From a virus (Duplodnaviria > Caudoviricetes), in IMG/VR virus record IMGVR_UViG_3300025387_000016, positions 5,544 to 69,543 of that record: a stretch of DNA of 64,000 nucleotides, one strand, 5' to 3'. Under the pieces are notes generated by a model. The model made no database searches. It saw nothing but the letters and a program-made list of their open reading frames with translations, and was not told where the DNA came from. Position numbers and translations under genes: made by a program. Below are positions 27,258 through 36,592 of this stretch, in pieces; within the stretch, counting starts at the first letter, position 1; each line of letters starts with the position of its first letter.

Positions 27258-29492
27258 TTACAGGGCATATGACCGTTCGCGCTGATAAGCGTTGTTCTTT
27301 ACTTTTGCTTCGTCCATCTTCGCTTTGACCTCATCTCGCTGACTTGTGAGTTTGGCGACATCCTTGTTTTCCGACATTTCGGAAGGGGGGGTGCTCTGTA
27401 TCTGCTTGTTGATGGCTTCGTAAGCGATTTTGTATTGCTCGAAAGCGTTGTGCCACGCATACATAGGGTTATCGCTATTGGGGTCCTTGGCGCTCGCCAC
27501 TTCAGCATCGCCGTTTTTGAGGGCCGAGGCAAGCACCTTTTCGTCGTGGTTGCTCGTTAGGGCATTGAGTGTTGCCTCCGCTTGACCAGCCGCTTTGTCA
27601 ATCGAGTCGGAGATGCTCTTCTTATCAGCATCAGAGAGGGGAGAGCTCGCTACCGTTCGGCGCGCTCCATCGAAGTAGTATTTTGCGTCGTTTAGGGCAT
27701 CCATAACGTTCTCCGACCGATACATATAACTATTCGGGTCGGTTTTGTTGATGTCCTTAGTGTCCACCTCTGGGAGTGTCTTGGCGTTCTCGATTGCGAC
27801 AAGCGCCTTGTTCTTTCCGGTGATTAGGTCGGAGAAGACGGATGACTCGGTTCCTAGTTTGGAAGCCTCTTTGTACTTGCCCTCAAACCCCGATGTCTGC
27901 TTTCCGTAAACACTAGTGCCGACTCCCGAACACTTGCTGACGAATGAAAGGTAGTCATTAGCCTTTGCGATTTTCTCTGGGTCGTTACTATCTGCGTTCT
28001 CACGGATGTAATCCATCATTTGATGGCCGATTGCTAGGTGGGCATCGGCAATCTTCCTGCCAATCTCCTGTACCTCGGGGGCGTTTGCCTTGTATTCATC
28101 CAACTTCTTTTGGGCGAGGCTCGAATCTTCACCTAATGCGTTCTTCGCCGCTTGCACCTCTTCCCAAGCACTTTTCGCATCGCTTGTTTCACGAACGAGG
28201 TTTTTGTATTCGCCATACGCCTTTGATGCGTTGATGAGGTTTTCGGGTTGTCTTACCGACAAAACCGAATCGGTAACGATTTTGTCTAGGCTTCCCGTGC
28301 CGACCTTTGGCATAAGGGTCTTTAGGCTTTCTTTGGCCTGATTTACTGCGACATCCTCTGATAGAGCCGAGTAGATTTTCAACTCCGCCCTTACCTTTTC
28401 AGCAGTGCTTTGGGCGACACTCCGAGATGGGTTGTCGTATTGGAGGCCGTTTATTAGGGTAGTAATTGCTCTTAGGGAGAGCACGGCTTTTTGCCGTGCG
28501 TCGGTGATTTCCTGCGAGGCTTTTTCGGTCGTTGGGTCAAACGTGGCGGGGTCAACTATTTCTTTCGCTCTATTTAGGTAAACCTCGGAAGCCTTTGATG
28601 CGATACCAAGACCATTGGTTTGGAGGTATTTCTCTGCGGTGGCCGCACCAGCATCGCTCTTTTGGGCATTCTTTTTAGCAGCGAGCTCGTTTGCCGAGTC
28701 GTTTGCCATACGGTAAACCTGCGTGAGAAAGTTGTTGGCTTTCTCGGCATTTTTTGCCATCGCTGACCAAGAAAAAAGTGCCGAATAACGCTCGGTGGGT
28801 TCGGCGTTCTCATCTTGGGCGGTCTTTGCGGCCGTCTTGTAATCGTTGCTAATACGCTCTACGTCTTTGACGACAATTGCGAGTGCCTCTGGTCGGGGCT
28901 GGTTGTTCTTGTCGAACAGGCTCTTAGCCTTTGGTGGGGTAATCATCCCCACAATAAGTTCTTTGTAGCCACGGTTCAGCGCGGTAACGGCATCCTTGCT
29001 AAGAGACTGAATCGTGTGGTCACCACGACTACTCCATCCGGCGCTAATATTTGGGTCCTGAACAATCTCTTCTTCTCTTACCTTGTTGTTGAACTGGAGT
29101 AAGAGGTCTTTTTTAGTGGGGTCATTCTGGTATCCCGGCCAATCACCCGGATGCATACCCGCAGCGATAACCTTTTGCCTTAGGTCCTCGACCTCTGCCT
29201 TTATGTTTGCACCCTTTTTCTGGGAAGCGACCTTGTGGTCAATGGCATCCATCGCTGCCTTGGCTAAATCACCATCGAGTGAGTAACCGTGGCCTCGACT
29301 GCTATTGCGCCTACGCCCCTCTTTCTTTAGTCTAGAAACCCGGTCACCCTCGCTATTTGCCAATTGAGCGTGCTCGCCCGCAGTCGTGGTCGTGTATTGG
29401 TTTCCGTGAAACTCGTGACCAACGTAGTCACCCTTGAGGATGACAAACCGTTCGCTAACTAGGAACTTGCGGAGCTCGTAAATGGAGGGCAT
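27258..29492 (-). CDS. Tagged cargo protein, 744 aa, all-helical, unknown function
   Basis: VILK-GDYVGHEFHGNQY at residue 20. Confidence 0.75.
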   Translation of the reverse strand: MPSIYELRKFLVSERFVILKGDYVGHEFHGNQYTTTTAGEHAQLANSEGDRVSRLKKEGRRRNSSRGHGYSLDGDLAKAAMDAIDHKVASQKKGANIKAEVEDLRQKVIAAGMHPGDWPGYQNDPTKKDLLLQFNNKVREEEIVQDPNISAGWSSRGDHTIQSLSKDAVTALNRGYKELIVGMITPPKAKSLFDKNNQPRPEALAIVVKDVERISNDYKTAAKTAQDENAEPTERYSALFSWSAMAKNAEKANNFLTQVYRMANDSANELAAKKNAQKSDAGAATAEKYLQTNGLGIASKASEVYLNRAKEIVDPATFDPTTEKASQEITDARQKAVLSLRAITTLINGLQYDNPSRSVAQSTAEKVRAELKIYSALSEDVAVNQAKESLKTLMPKVGTGSLDKIVTDSVLSVRQPENLINASKAYGEYKNLVRETSDAKSAWEEVQAAKNALGEDSSLAQKKLDEYKANAPEVQEIGRKIADAHLAIGHQMMDYIRENADSNDPEKIAKANDYLSFVSKCSGVGTSVYGKQTSGFEGKYKEASKLGTESSVFSDLITGKNKALVAIENAKTLPEVDTKDINKTDPNSYMYRSENVMDALNDAKYYFDGARRTVASSPLSDADKKSISDSIDKAAGQAEATLNALTSNHDEKVLASALKNGDAEVASAKDPNSDNPMYAWHNAFEQYKIAYEAINKQIQSTPPSEMSENKDVAKLTSQRDEVKAKMDEAKVKNNAYQRERSYAL

Positions 29493-29498
29493 TAGTGA

Positions 29499-30848
29499 TT
29501 AGTAGTCCTCAAGTGATGGGAAGACGGTTTCATCGGCGGTTGTGTAGGGGGATTTTGGTAAATAGTCAGAACGCATAGAGGTCGTACCTCTATACATAGT
29601 GCCGTAGGAGTCATTTTTGTCAAATCCCACCGTGCGCATTTTGTATTCGGTTCCGGCCTTTGTTGCCTTCGCTTGGTATTCTTTGGCTTTTTCAGCATCG
29701 CCGGCCTTATTCGCCGCCGCCGCAGCAACGGCGTATCCAGCGTAGACTCGACCCAAAGCCTCTAGATAGTTTCTCTGCGCCTCATTTACAGTTCTTGACG
29801 CACTATCAAAGTTGTCATAATCCTCGCCAGTGGCATCGTGGCTAGCGTAGTGAACACCCTCGTCAGACTGAAGACCAATCTTTTCCGCAATATCGTTGTA
29901 TTTGTCCTCTGCGTCTCCCCAAGTCTTTTCTAATGATGGGATTTCTTTTTCAGCACTTTGGGCATCCGTTAGAGCCTTAGCCCCCATTTCTGGCGTCGAA
30001 CTGACTAGACCCTTATCCGATAACGCTGCCTTCAAGATTGTTTGGTGCATCGCAAGGTTCGCACTTACAAGAGCAGACTGTAGTTTCTCAATCTCATTAG
30101 GAATCGGGTTCCCGCCAGTTCGCCCAGCATAGTCATAGTCAATTTGCGAACTAAGCAAATTGCTAGCGTTATATATGTCACCAATTGGCTGTGGGGTTTT
30201 GCCGTAATAGGTTGTTAGCACCGCCCCCTCTAGGGGCTTACTTAGAGCCTTTTCGATTCCCTTTGAGATACTTTGAGCGTGTTCTTGGACATTTTTTAGT
30301 TCATTGTCTACGTTGGCAAAACTAATCGTAGCCGACCGTCTAGGTGCAATACGTCCATTGGTATCACTGTATACAAGTTGTGATAGGCGAATACTCGCAC
30401 GAAGCCCATCGCAACGAGAGTAGATTTCGTCGGCAAGAGCCTTGGCTTTCCCTAACTGCTTTCCCGTGTAGTAAGAAGTAATCTTAGTACCGTTCGGAAG
30501 AGATATTTCCTCGGACCCTAGGGGCGATTTAGGCTTTAGGTTTCCTAGACCCTCTCGCTCAAGTAGCGCAGTTTGCGGATAATCCCAAAGAGAGTTTGGC
30601 TCTATAAGAGCCAAATCTTTTTTCTGCTCAAGTTCACTTTGGGATGAGTCGGGTTGCTGACCATACCCATATCTTCCAATGTCGTAGGTTTTCCCGGCGA
30701 TATTGGATACCAATCGCAACTCGTTGATTTGAGCATCTGCGTTGGTCCATTGGTTGCCATTGAAAGCGTGACCGGGAGTGTCTCCCGAGCCCGGGCCACC
30801 CTTAGCAACCCGAATCCAGTTTTCGATTTCAGCATTTACGTTTGTCAT
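29499..30848 (-). CDS. Tagged cargo protein, 449 aa, unknown function
   Basis: AEIENWIRVAK-GGPGSGDTPGHAFNGNQW. Confidence 0.75.
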   Translation of the reverse strand: MTNVNAEIENWIRVAKGGPGSGDTPGHAFNGNQWTNADAQINELRLVSNIAGKTYDIGRYGYGQQPDSSQSELEQKKDLALIEPNSLWDYPQTALLEREGLGNLKPKSPLGSEEISLPNGTKITSYYTGKQLGKAKALADEIYSRCDGLRASIRLSQLVYSDTNGRIAPRRSATISFANVDNELKNVQEHAQSISKGIEKALSKPLEGAVLTTYYGKTPQPIGDIYNASNLLSSQIDYDYAGRTGGNPIPNEIEKLQSALVSANLAMHQTILKAALSDKGLVSSTPEMGAKALTDAQSAEKEIPSLEKTWGDAEDKYNDIAEKIGLQSDEGVHYASHDATGEDYDNFDSASRTVNEAQRNYLEALGRVYAGYAVAAAAANKAGDAEKAKEYQAKATKAGTEYKMRTVGFDKNDSYGTMYRGTTSMRSDYLPKSPYTTADETVFPSLEDY

Positions 30849-30863
30849 AGTTTCTACTCTGCT

Positions 30864-32483
30864 TTACGCCTGTGACACGGACTTCTTGAACTTGTCGTTG
30901 TCGAAGTAACCCGTTGGATTCCCGTCAGTTCCCTTGTAGAAGTCATCATACGCTTGTAGCGCGGCATCAACCTTTGCTTGCGCCTTGGGCGCATCCTTGG
31001 CGTATTCACCAGATGCCATATAGTGCGTTGAGTTGGCAACGGCGTTGCCGTTGTCATCTCGGGTAGAACCACGAAATCCCGAGCGCAGAGCTCCGACCGC
31101 AGATGAGGCAGACGTTAGTTTGGAAATCAAGTCCTTGTAATCAGCAGCCGAGCGTGTTGGGTTGTTTCCGCCACCCTTAGTGAACTTTGAGCCACCAGCA
31201 AGAGCCTCGTTCTTGAGGTCGGTAATGCGGTCTTGGATTGCCTCACGGATGGAACCAAGTTCACCACGAACGCGCGTGGATGCGAAGCCGTGGTCTGGGT
31301 CGGCAAGTTTCGTCATTGAGGTTGCGGCGAGTCGGAAGTCTTCTAAGCGATTCGAGGTAGTACCCGAGATGATGTTGCGCCCACGGTCGCCGGTCGAAGC
31401 ACTAGCAGGGCTATAGGTACTAGAAGCATCGTTAGCCGTTACTCCATCGGGGCGTTGATTGTTTCCCCTGCGCCAATACGAGTTCCCTTGGAGTTTCTCG
31501 CCCTCATCGGGGTCTTGACGGTTTGAGTTGGTGGGCGGTGCTGATTGACTTGCGGCAACGTTACGGAGATTTGCCGCAATCTTCTCGTGTTCAAGGGCAA
31601 GAGCATTGAGGTCTTGTGGAGTGTTACCGCTACTATCCACTTTGAGGTGATTGTTTACAAGAGTCTGGGCCGCTGCGGTAAGCGAGCTCGGGGTCGAGTA
31701 TTGGACTTGGTAGGGGTGTGAGAACTTATTGGCGTTTGGAGTCGGTGTCGGCTCTGGGTGGCGCATCTCACTTTGTTCGCTCTGAATACCAGTCGGGTTT
31801 GTGCGAACTGTCGCCAACAACCTATCCACCTTGTCAACCGCTTCTCGTGCGGCCTTTTCAGCAGTTAGTGCCGTTGCACTTGAATCTTCTGCCTTTTTGG
31901 TTGAGTCAATCGCCTTGTCTTTGGTGGCGGCCCAAGTGCGAGTGGTGTCTTGGTGGGCAAACATAGCGTTTAGGTGGTCTTTCTTGGCGGTGTTAGCCGC
32001 CTCGACTGCCTTAGCGATAGCGGAACGGGCTTCCGCCTTTAGTTTGTATGTCTTACTACCGGATGAAAAAAACGATTCACCAGAGGTAGGCAAGACCTTT
32101 TGGTTTAGTTCGTCTAACTCTCTTTTTTGCTTGTCGTGAAGATTGGAAATATCCCAGTGTTCACGCGCGGCAACATTGGACCGGAATACTCCAGTTCCTA
32201 CTTTGCCCGAAATTGCTTTTGCTCGGTCTGCCGCTTCAGCACCACTTGAGTATTGATTCCCGTGAAACTCGTGCCCGACAACATCACCCTTAGTGACTTC
32301 AGCCTGAACCTCTGCGTATTTGGCTCGCTTTTGAGCGCAATCTGCCTCTGAGGTGCAAGGTGCGTCGCCGTGCATCTTGTGCCAATTGTCGTGGTCTTGG
32401 TCGTGGCGAATCACGTCAGCAAGGGATTCGTTCATACCCTTTGCTACGGAGAGCCAAATAGCGATTTCCGATTCAATAGACAT
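30864..32483 (-). CDS. Tagged cargo protein, 539 aa, unknown function
   Basis: SEIAIWLSVAK leader, His/Cys mini-domain (HDQDHDNWHKMHGDAPC..C), EVTK-GDVVGHEFHGNQY. Confidence 0.75.
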   Translation of the reverse strand: MSIESEIAIWLSVAKGMNESLADVIRHDQDHDNWHKMHGDAPCTSEADCAQKRAKYAEVQAEVTKGDVVGHEFHGNQYSSGAEAADRAKAISGKVGTGVFRSNVAAREHWDISNLHDKQKRELDELNQKVLPTSGESFFSSGSKTYKLKAEARSAIAKAVEAANTAKKDHLNAMFAHQDTTRTWAATKDKAIDSTKKAEDSSATALTAEKAAREAVDKVDRLLATVRTNPTGIQSEQSEMRHPEPTPTPNANKFSHPYQVQYSTPSSLTAAAQTLVNNHLKVDSSGNTPQDLNALALEHEKIAANLRNVAASQSAPPTNSNRQDPDEGEKLQGNSYWRRGNNQRPDGVTANDASSTYSPASASTGDRGRNIISGTTSNRLEDFRLAATSMTKLADPDHGFASTRVRGELGSIREAIQDRITDLKNEALAGGSKFTKGGGNNPTRSAADYKDLISKLTSASSAVGALRSGFRGSTRDDNGNAVANSTHYMASGEYAKDAPKAQAKVDAALQAYDDFYKGTDGNPTGYFDNDKFKKSVSQA

Positions 32484-32544
32484 AAAACCTCCGCAGTAGT
32501 TCTGCGTAGATACTACATCCTACTTTGGAAATACCCCGTGCTGA

Positions 32545-34446
32545 TTACTGGTTTACTGCTGGGAACGTCTGATAGTTGTCGGGGGCGGGCATATCTACTT
32601 CAATGCCCGCACCAGTGCCACCCATTGAGTAGCCGCCAATTTTTCCTTGCTTTACGAGGTCCCACGCCCACGGCTTCCAAATCACGCCGAGGAATACAGT
32701 TCCGGCGGGGAACTTGACGTTGGAAACAGCACCCGTTCCGGCTTGGACCATTGGCAACGAGGTTTCGTAAGGCCACGTCATAGCCTCTACCCATTCACCA
32801 GCCACGATATCTACGTTGTGTTGGAGTCGAATGTCACGGTCGCCCGAACGAACGTATCCCCAAAGGGCTTGCTGTAACTCGTTGGGGTCAGTCCACTCGC
32901 CGTGTGCGTCTGACGAGTATGGAACGTACCAAGGTCCGAGCGTGTAACGCAGGTCGGCATCCTTGCGAATAGTTCCCGGGATTGAGTCATCTTCGATAAC
33001 TTCACCAAACTCCGTAAGGGGTTCTGGCATCTGGCTTTCGAGAACGGTCATCGTTTCTGGGAGCTCGGGTTCCACCGAACCACCCCATTGAGTTGAGTCA
33101 ACGTGAACCGAGCCTAATGCGGGCTGTGATTTCAGCATTGGGCCACTAGCGAGCGAGTCACGGCTCGGTGCGGAGTTTGGGTCGGTGAGCGGTGCGCCGT
33201 AAGTTCCATCTGCGTTTACTTGCATACCAAATGGGTCAGAGTAATCCGAAGACGAGTCGTCGGTTATTTGGTCGCCGTAAGCGAGGCTCTGAACTTTGGA
33301 AACCTCCGGGTTAGCCATAAATGAGGCCGTTTCAGCAGAAGAGCGAATCAGGACTGGAACAATATTGAACTTGCACCAGCCATCGCTTACGCACGAAACC
33401 GCTACCCAGTCACAACCAGCCTCGCCAGATGCGATGCAGTTACCGCACGTTTGGCCGCTTGAGAGGTACGGGGAGAAGTCGGTGTAGTTGGCATCAGTCG
33501 TGGGGATGCGGCCGATTTCCGAAACGATTTCGTCAAGGTTTTCAGCAAGTTCGATTTGCCACGGGTCAAGACCATCGCGCCAGTTTTCGCCCAAGATTCC
33601 GCTACTGCTACTTCCCGTGCTACTAGATGATTCCGAGCCCTCGTCTACGAGGTTGCTTAGGAATCCCGAACCCGACGAAGAAGAACTTGACGATGAACTA
33701 GAACTTGATGAACTAGAACTTGATGAACTGCTAGATGATGACGAGGAACTACTTGACGAGTCATCGCTCGACGAAGACGAGGAACTACTGCTTGATGAAG
33801 AACTACTGCTTGATGAAGAACTTTCCATACTCATTTCAGCAGAGTGGCTTGACGACGAACTCTCCGACTCTTCGGATGGGGCTACTAGCGTAGGGTTCTG
33901 AACGGCACTAAGGATTGAGGCAACTGTATTTGGGTCAAGTTGTACCTGCACCGCGCCGTCGTTGGGGATATCGGCGGATGGGGCTACGGGGCTTGTGTTG
34001 AACGTAAAGGGGAATCCAACTGCCTTGTCTAGTGGGGCGCACATATCAACTTGGTTGGTTGAGCCGCAAATCAAACAGGCGTGGGAATCACCAAAAGGGT
34101 TGGCACTCTTGACAAATGGGTGCTCAACTGAAGCCAAACCCTTAGCAACGTTGCGAGAAATAAGGCGTTGTTCTGCCCCGGCAGATAGAACTTCGTCGGG
34201 ATTTCCAAATACCTTGTTGGCGAGTCGTTTCCAAATTGGGGAGTTATCCTTGATTTCATCGTTGGGAACCAAGACAACCTCCATTTCACCATCGCCCTTA
34301 GAAACGGCCATAACATCGGCGGTCAAGTAGCCCTCTTTGATAAGGTCTGCGGCACCTTCACGAACACTTACGTTGAGGTTGTGGTTCTTGATAATGTCGC
34401 CCAAAGCAACATCAGCAACGACATCAAAGATGCTTACTTGTGACAT
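32545..34446 (-). CDS. Prohead maturation protease, XkdF family domain at C-terminus, with long N-terminal extension
   Basis: RYTLGPWYVP...DAHGEW....L..A...Y......IRLQH....AGEWVE...P...GTVF.GV.W....W..VK.GKIGGYSMGG; directly follows portal. Confidence 0.82.
   Translation of the reverse strand: MSQVSIFDVVADVALGDIIKNHNLNVSVREGAADLIKEGYLTADVMAVSKGDGEMEVVLVPNDEIKDNSPIWKRLANKVFGNPDEVLSAGAEQRLISRNVAKGLASVEHPFVKSANPFGDSHACLICGSTNQVDMCAPLDKAVGFPFTFNTSPVAPSADIPNDGAVQVQLDPNTVASILSAVQNPTLVAPSEESESSSSSHSAEMSMESSSSSSSSSSSSSSSSSSSDDSSSSSSSSSSSSSSSSSSSSSSSSSSSSSGSGFLSNLVDEGSESSSSTGSSSSGILGENWRDGLDPWQIELAENLDEIVSEIGRIPTTDANYTDFSPYLSSGQTCGNCIASGEAGCDWVAVSCVSDGWCKFNIVPVLIRSSAETASFMANPEVSKVQSLAYGDQITDDSSSDYSDPFGMQVNADGTYGAPLTDPNSAPSRDSLASGPMLKSQPALGSVHVDSTQWGGSVEPELPETMTVLESQMPEPLTEFGEVIEDDSIPGTIRKDADLRYTLGPWYVPYSSDAHGEWTDPNELQQALWGYVRSGDRDIRLQHNVDIVAGEWVEAMTWPYETSLPMVQAGTGAVSNVKFPAGTVFLGVIWKPWAWDLVKQGKIGGYSMGGTGAGIEVDMPAPDNYQTFPAVNQ
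33672..33870 (-). repeat. Poly-serine coding tract (about 60 codons) inside the protease gene
   Basis: Imperfect tandem units such as gatgaactagaactt and gaactactgcttgat encoding SSSS...DD...SSSS. Confidence 0.9.
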
Positions 34447-34608
34447 AGCCGACTCCTTGTGGATTTTCTAGACATTACTTTACCCTACGCTTTCCAAATC
34501 TCTAATTTGAGCGTGGGCGTTTTGCGGCTTTGAGTGGTGATTGTATACGAAGAAGACTATTTGCACTCTTCTTTTTTTGATGGCGCGCGCTTACAAAGAG
34601 GATTCGCT

Positions 34609-36222
34609 TCACGAAGTCGTGCCTTGATTGTTCGTAAGCGGACCGTTTTGCCCGGTCGTGTTCTTTGTGTTGCCCTTTGCCGATGGTGGCACTTGACCTG
34701 TTTCGCCGGGATAGCCGTGACTGCTGATATCCGCTTGTAATCCCGAACCGCCCGATTGGTCGTTGACACCGCCCTGCGGGTTTTGGACTGGACCGGCGGT
34801 GGCATCGCTTCCACCAGATACGGGGCTCTTGACTCCGATAAATGGGTGCTTGCCTTCCATAATCTGCTGTTGGGCAAACTGTCCACCATCGCCATAGCGT
34901 AGGTTCTGTGCCATACCATTTGGCTGTGACATAAAATCAGGCAGACCGGCGAGTTCACGCAGGAAGTCTTCAAGGTTGTTGTCGGGCGTAATCAACTTGT
35001 TTTGGGTAAGCGTTCCCAAGAATCCGCCGAGTTCTTGTAGGTCAACTGCTGTTACCTGACCATATGAAAGGGTCGGGCAACGCTCGGTGTCATAGCCGTT
35101 GAGGTTCATCAAGCGTGGAATAGCGTGGGAGTTGAAGACCTCGGCAATCAGCCGGACCCACGACTCTACGGCGGCCATAAACAACTCGATTTTGGAAGTA
35201 CCAAGCGAAAACGAGCCAACGCTCTCGTGACCCAACATAATAAAGTCGGCCAAGACAGTCATTGAGATTTGCTGGTTGTAGCGAGAGATAATTTGGTCGG
35301 TGTTGAACTGTCGTGCGCCACCGCTATTCAGCAACTTAAAGTCAATAAGTTGCTTGCCATTTTCGTCAAAGAGGGTCGGCAGAATAATGCCTTCGGTTTC
35401 ATTTCGCTTGACATTACGCACGATTGTCTGCATCGCGCCCAACGCCATCTTTTCAGCAGGGGTGGCGGTAGAGCTCAACCACTCGGCAGGAACGTAAGCA
35501 ACGGGAAGACCGGCAAGGTCACGCTCAACGCCCACCGCCTCAAACTCTTCGATACGACGCTTGTAATACCACGACTTAAACGCATTACGGAGAATTGAGC
35601 GACCTTCGGGGTTTCCACGAGCCGCCGTAGTACGAAACAGCAAACCCTTTTCGACGGGGATTACGTTGAGGCGACCAGTCGTGGGGTCACGCTGGATAAA
35701 CGCCTTGATGCCACCCGATTCGTCAAACTGCCACTGCCAAAGTGAGTCTTGGGCGCGCATAACAATCTTGCGCCACCCAATCTTGTTGTCGGAAAACTTG
35801 GAACGCTTCGAGGGGTCTTTCTGGTTTGGACCCTTGCGCTGTTTGTAGACAATCTCAAAGAAAGCAAAGCCGTAGGGGAGGAACGAGAGGATAGCAATCA
35901 TCAACTCGTGCCACGAGTGGCTCATATCGTCCATACACTCCTGAACGAAGTTTGCCGCTTCCCTATCAGCATCGGTAGGCGTAGTGCCTTCTGCGTCATC
36001 GTAGGGGTCTACACGCCAGTCCACTTGGAGAATGATGCGCTCGATAGCGAACAGCATCGCACCGATAACCGGGTCGTTTTCGGACATATCCCGATACGCA
36101 ATAAGGGCTTGTCGGCCTCGTAGTTGCGGGAGGATATCGTCAATGACGAATCCACCCGTGCGCCAAAGACCTGACGCACCGAGTTCAGCAAAGTTATTTA
36201 CCCTATTCTGGTCGTCGGGCAT
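34609..36222 (-). CDS. Portal protein
   Basis: 537 aa; D.VIGAML.AIE..I..V.W.V; NPEGRSILRNAFKSWYYK..IEE.EAVGVERDLAGLPV; heads the head-morphogenesis cluster. Confidence 0.88.
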   Translation of the reverse strand: MPDDQNRVNNFAELGASGLWRTGGFVIDDILPQLRGRQALIAYRDMSENDPVIGAMLFAIERIILQVDWRVDPYDDAEGTTPTDADREAANFVQECMDDMSHSWHELMIAILSFLPYGFAFFEIVYKQRKGPNQKDPSKRSKFSDNKIGWRKIVMRAQDSLWQWQFDESGGIKAFIQRDPTTGRLNVIPVEKGLLFRTTAARGNPEGRSILRNAFKSWYYKRRIEEFEAVGVERDLAGLPVAYVPAEWLSSTATPAEKMALGAMQTIVRNVKRNETEGIILPTLFDENGKQLIDFKLLNSGGARQFNTDQIISRYNQQISMTVLADFIMLGHESVGSFSLGTSKIELFMAAVESWVRLIAEVFNSHAIPRLMNLNGYDTERCPTLSYGQVTAVDLQELGGFLGTLTQNKLITPDNNLEDFLRELAGLPDFMSQPNGMAQNLRYGDGGQFAQQQIMEGKHPFIGVKSPVSGGSDATAGPVQNPQGGVNDQSGGSGLQADISSHGYPGETGQVPPSAKGNTKNTTGQNGPLTNNQGTTS

Positions 36223-36592
36223 CTCTACTCCGTATATCTATGAACTTGCTGGCTTCTATAAGGCTACTACCCTTTTTCATCATTGAACTAATACGCCTAC
36301 GTTGCGATGGTGAGTGGCCACCCCAAACGCCAAATGCTTCGTCAATCCCATAATCTAGGCACTCATATCTCACCGGACACTCAAGACACATCTTTCGTGG
36401 GGCGATAAGGTGATTTCCGCCGTGCGTTCCGGCCTCGGGGTAGAACTTGTCAATATGGCAAGCGTCGCCAGTGCGACAAAGGGCAAACTCTTTCCACGGC
36501 GGCCCAATAAACACCTTGAGCAAGTCTCGCTCTAGGTAGATATAGTCGGGCAGTTCCTCTTTCTTCTCAAAAAACTGGGCGAACTCTTCCAT
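36203..36592 (-). CDS. whiB: WhiB family transcription factor (copy 1)
   Basis: W...ALC...FYP...C..CPVR.ECL.Y.....GVWGG.S..QRR. Confidence 0.9.
   Translation of the reverse strand: MEEFAQFFEKKEELPDYIYLERDLLKVFIGPPWKEFALCRTGDACHIDKFYPEAGTHGGNHLIAPRKMCLECPVRYECLDYGIDEAFGVWGGHSPSQRRRISSMMKKGSSLIEASKFIDIRSRDARRPE

Noticed and set aside
15819-32483. Tag repeats as a diversity-generating retroelement, integron cassette array or CRISPR-like DNA repeats
   Set aside because: Conservation is at amino-acid level with synonymous variation; no reverse transcriptase, integrase, attC-like sites or regular spacing were seen.
33672-33870. Poly-Ser tract as an assembly artefact or non-coding satellite
   Set aside because: It uses mixed Ser codons, keeps the frame and is flanked by coherent protein sequence.
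34534-34973. ORF 34557-34973 as a MuF/minor head gene after the portal
   Set aside because: It is an off-frame shadow of the portal 3' end with no MuF Cys/His motifs.
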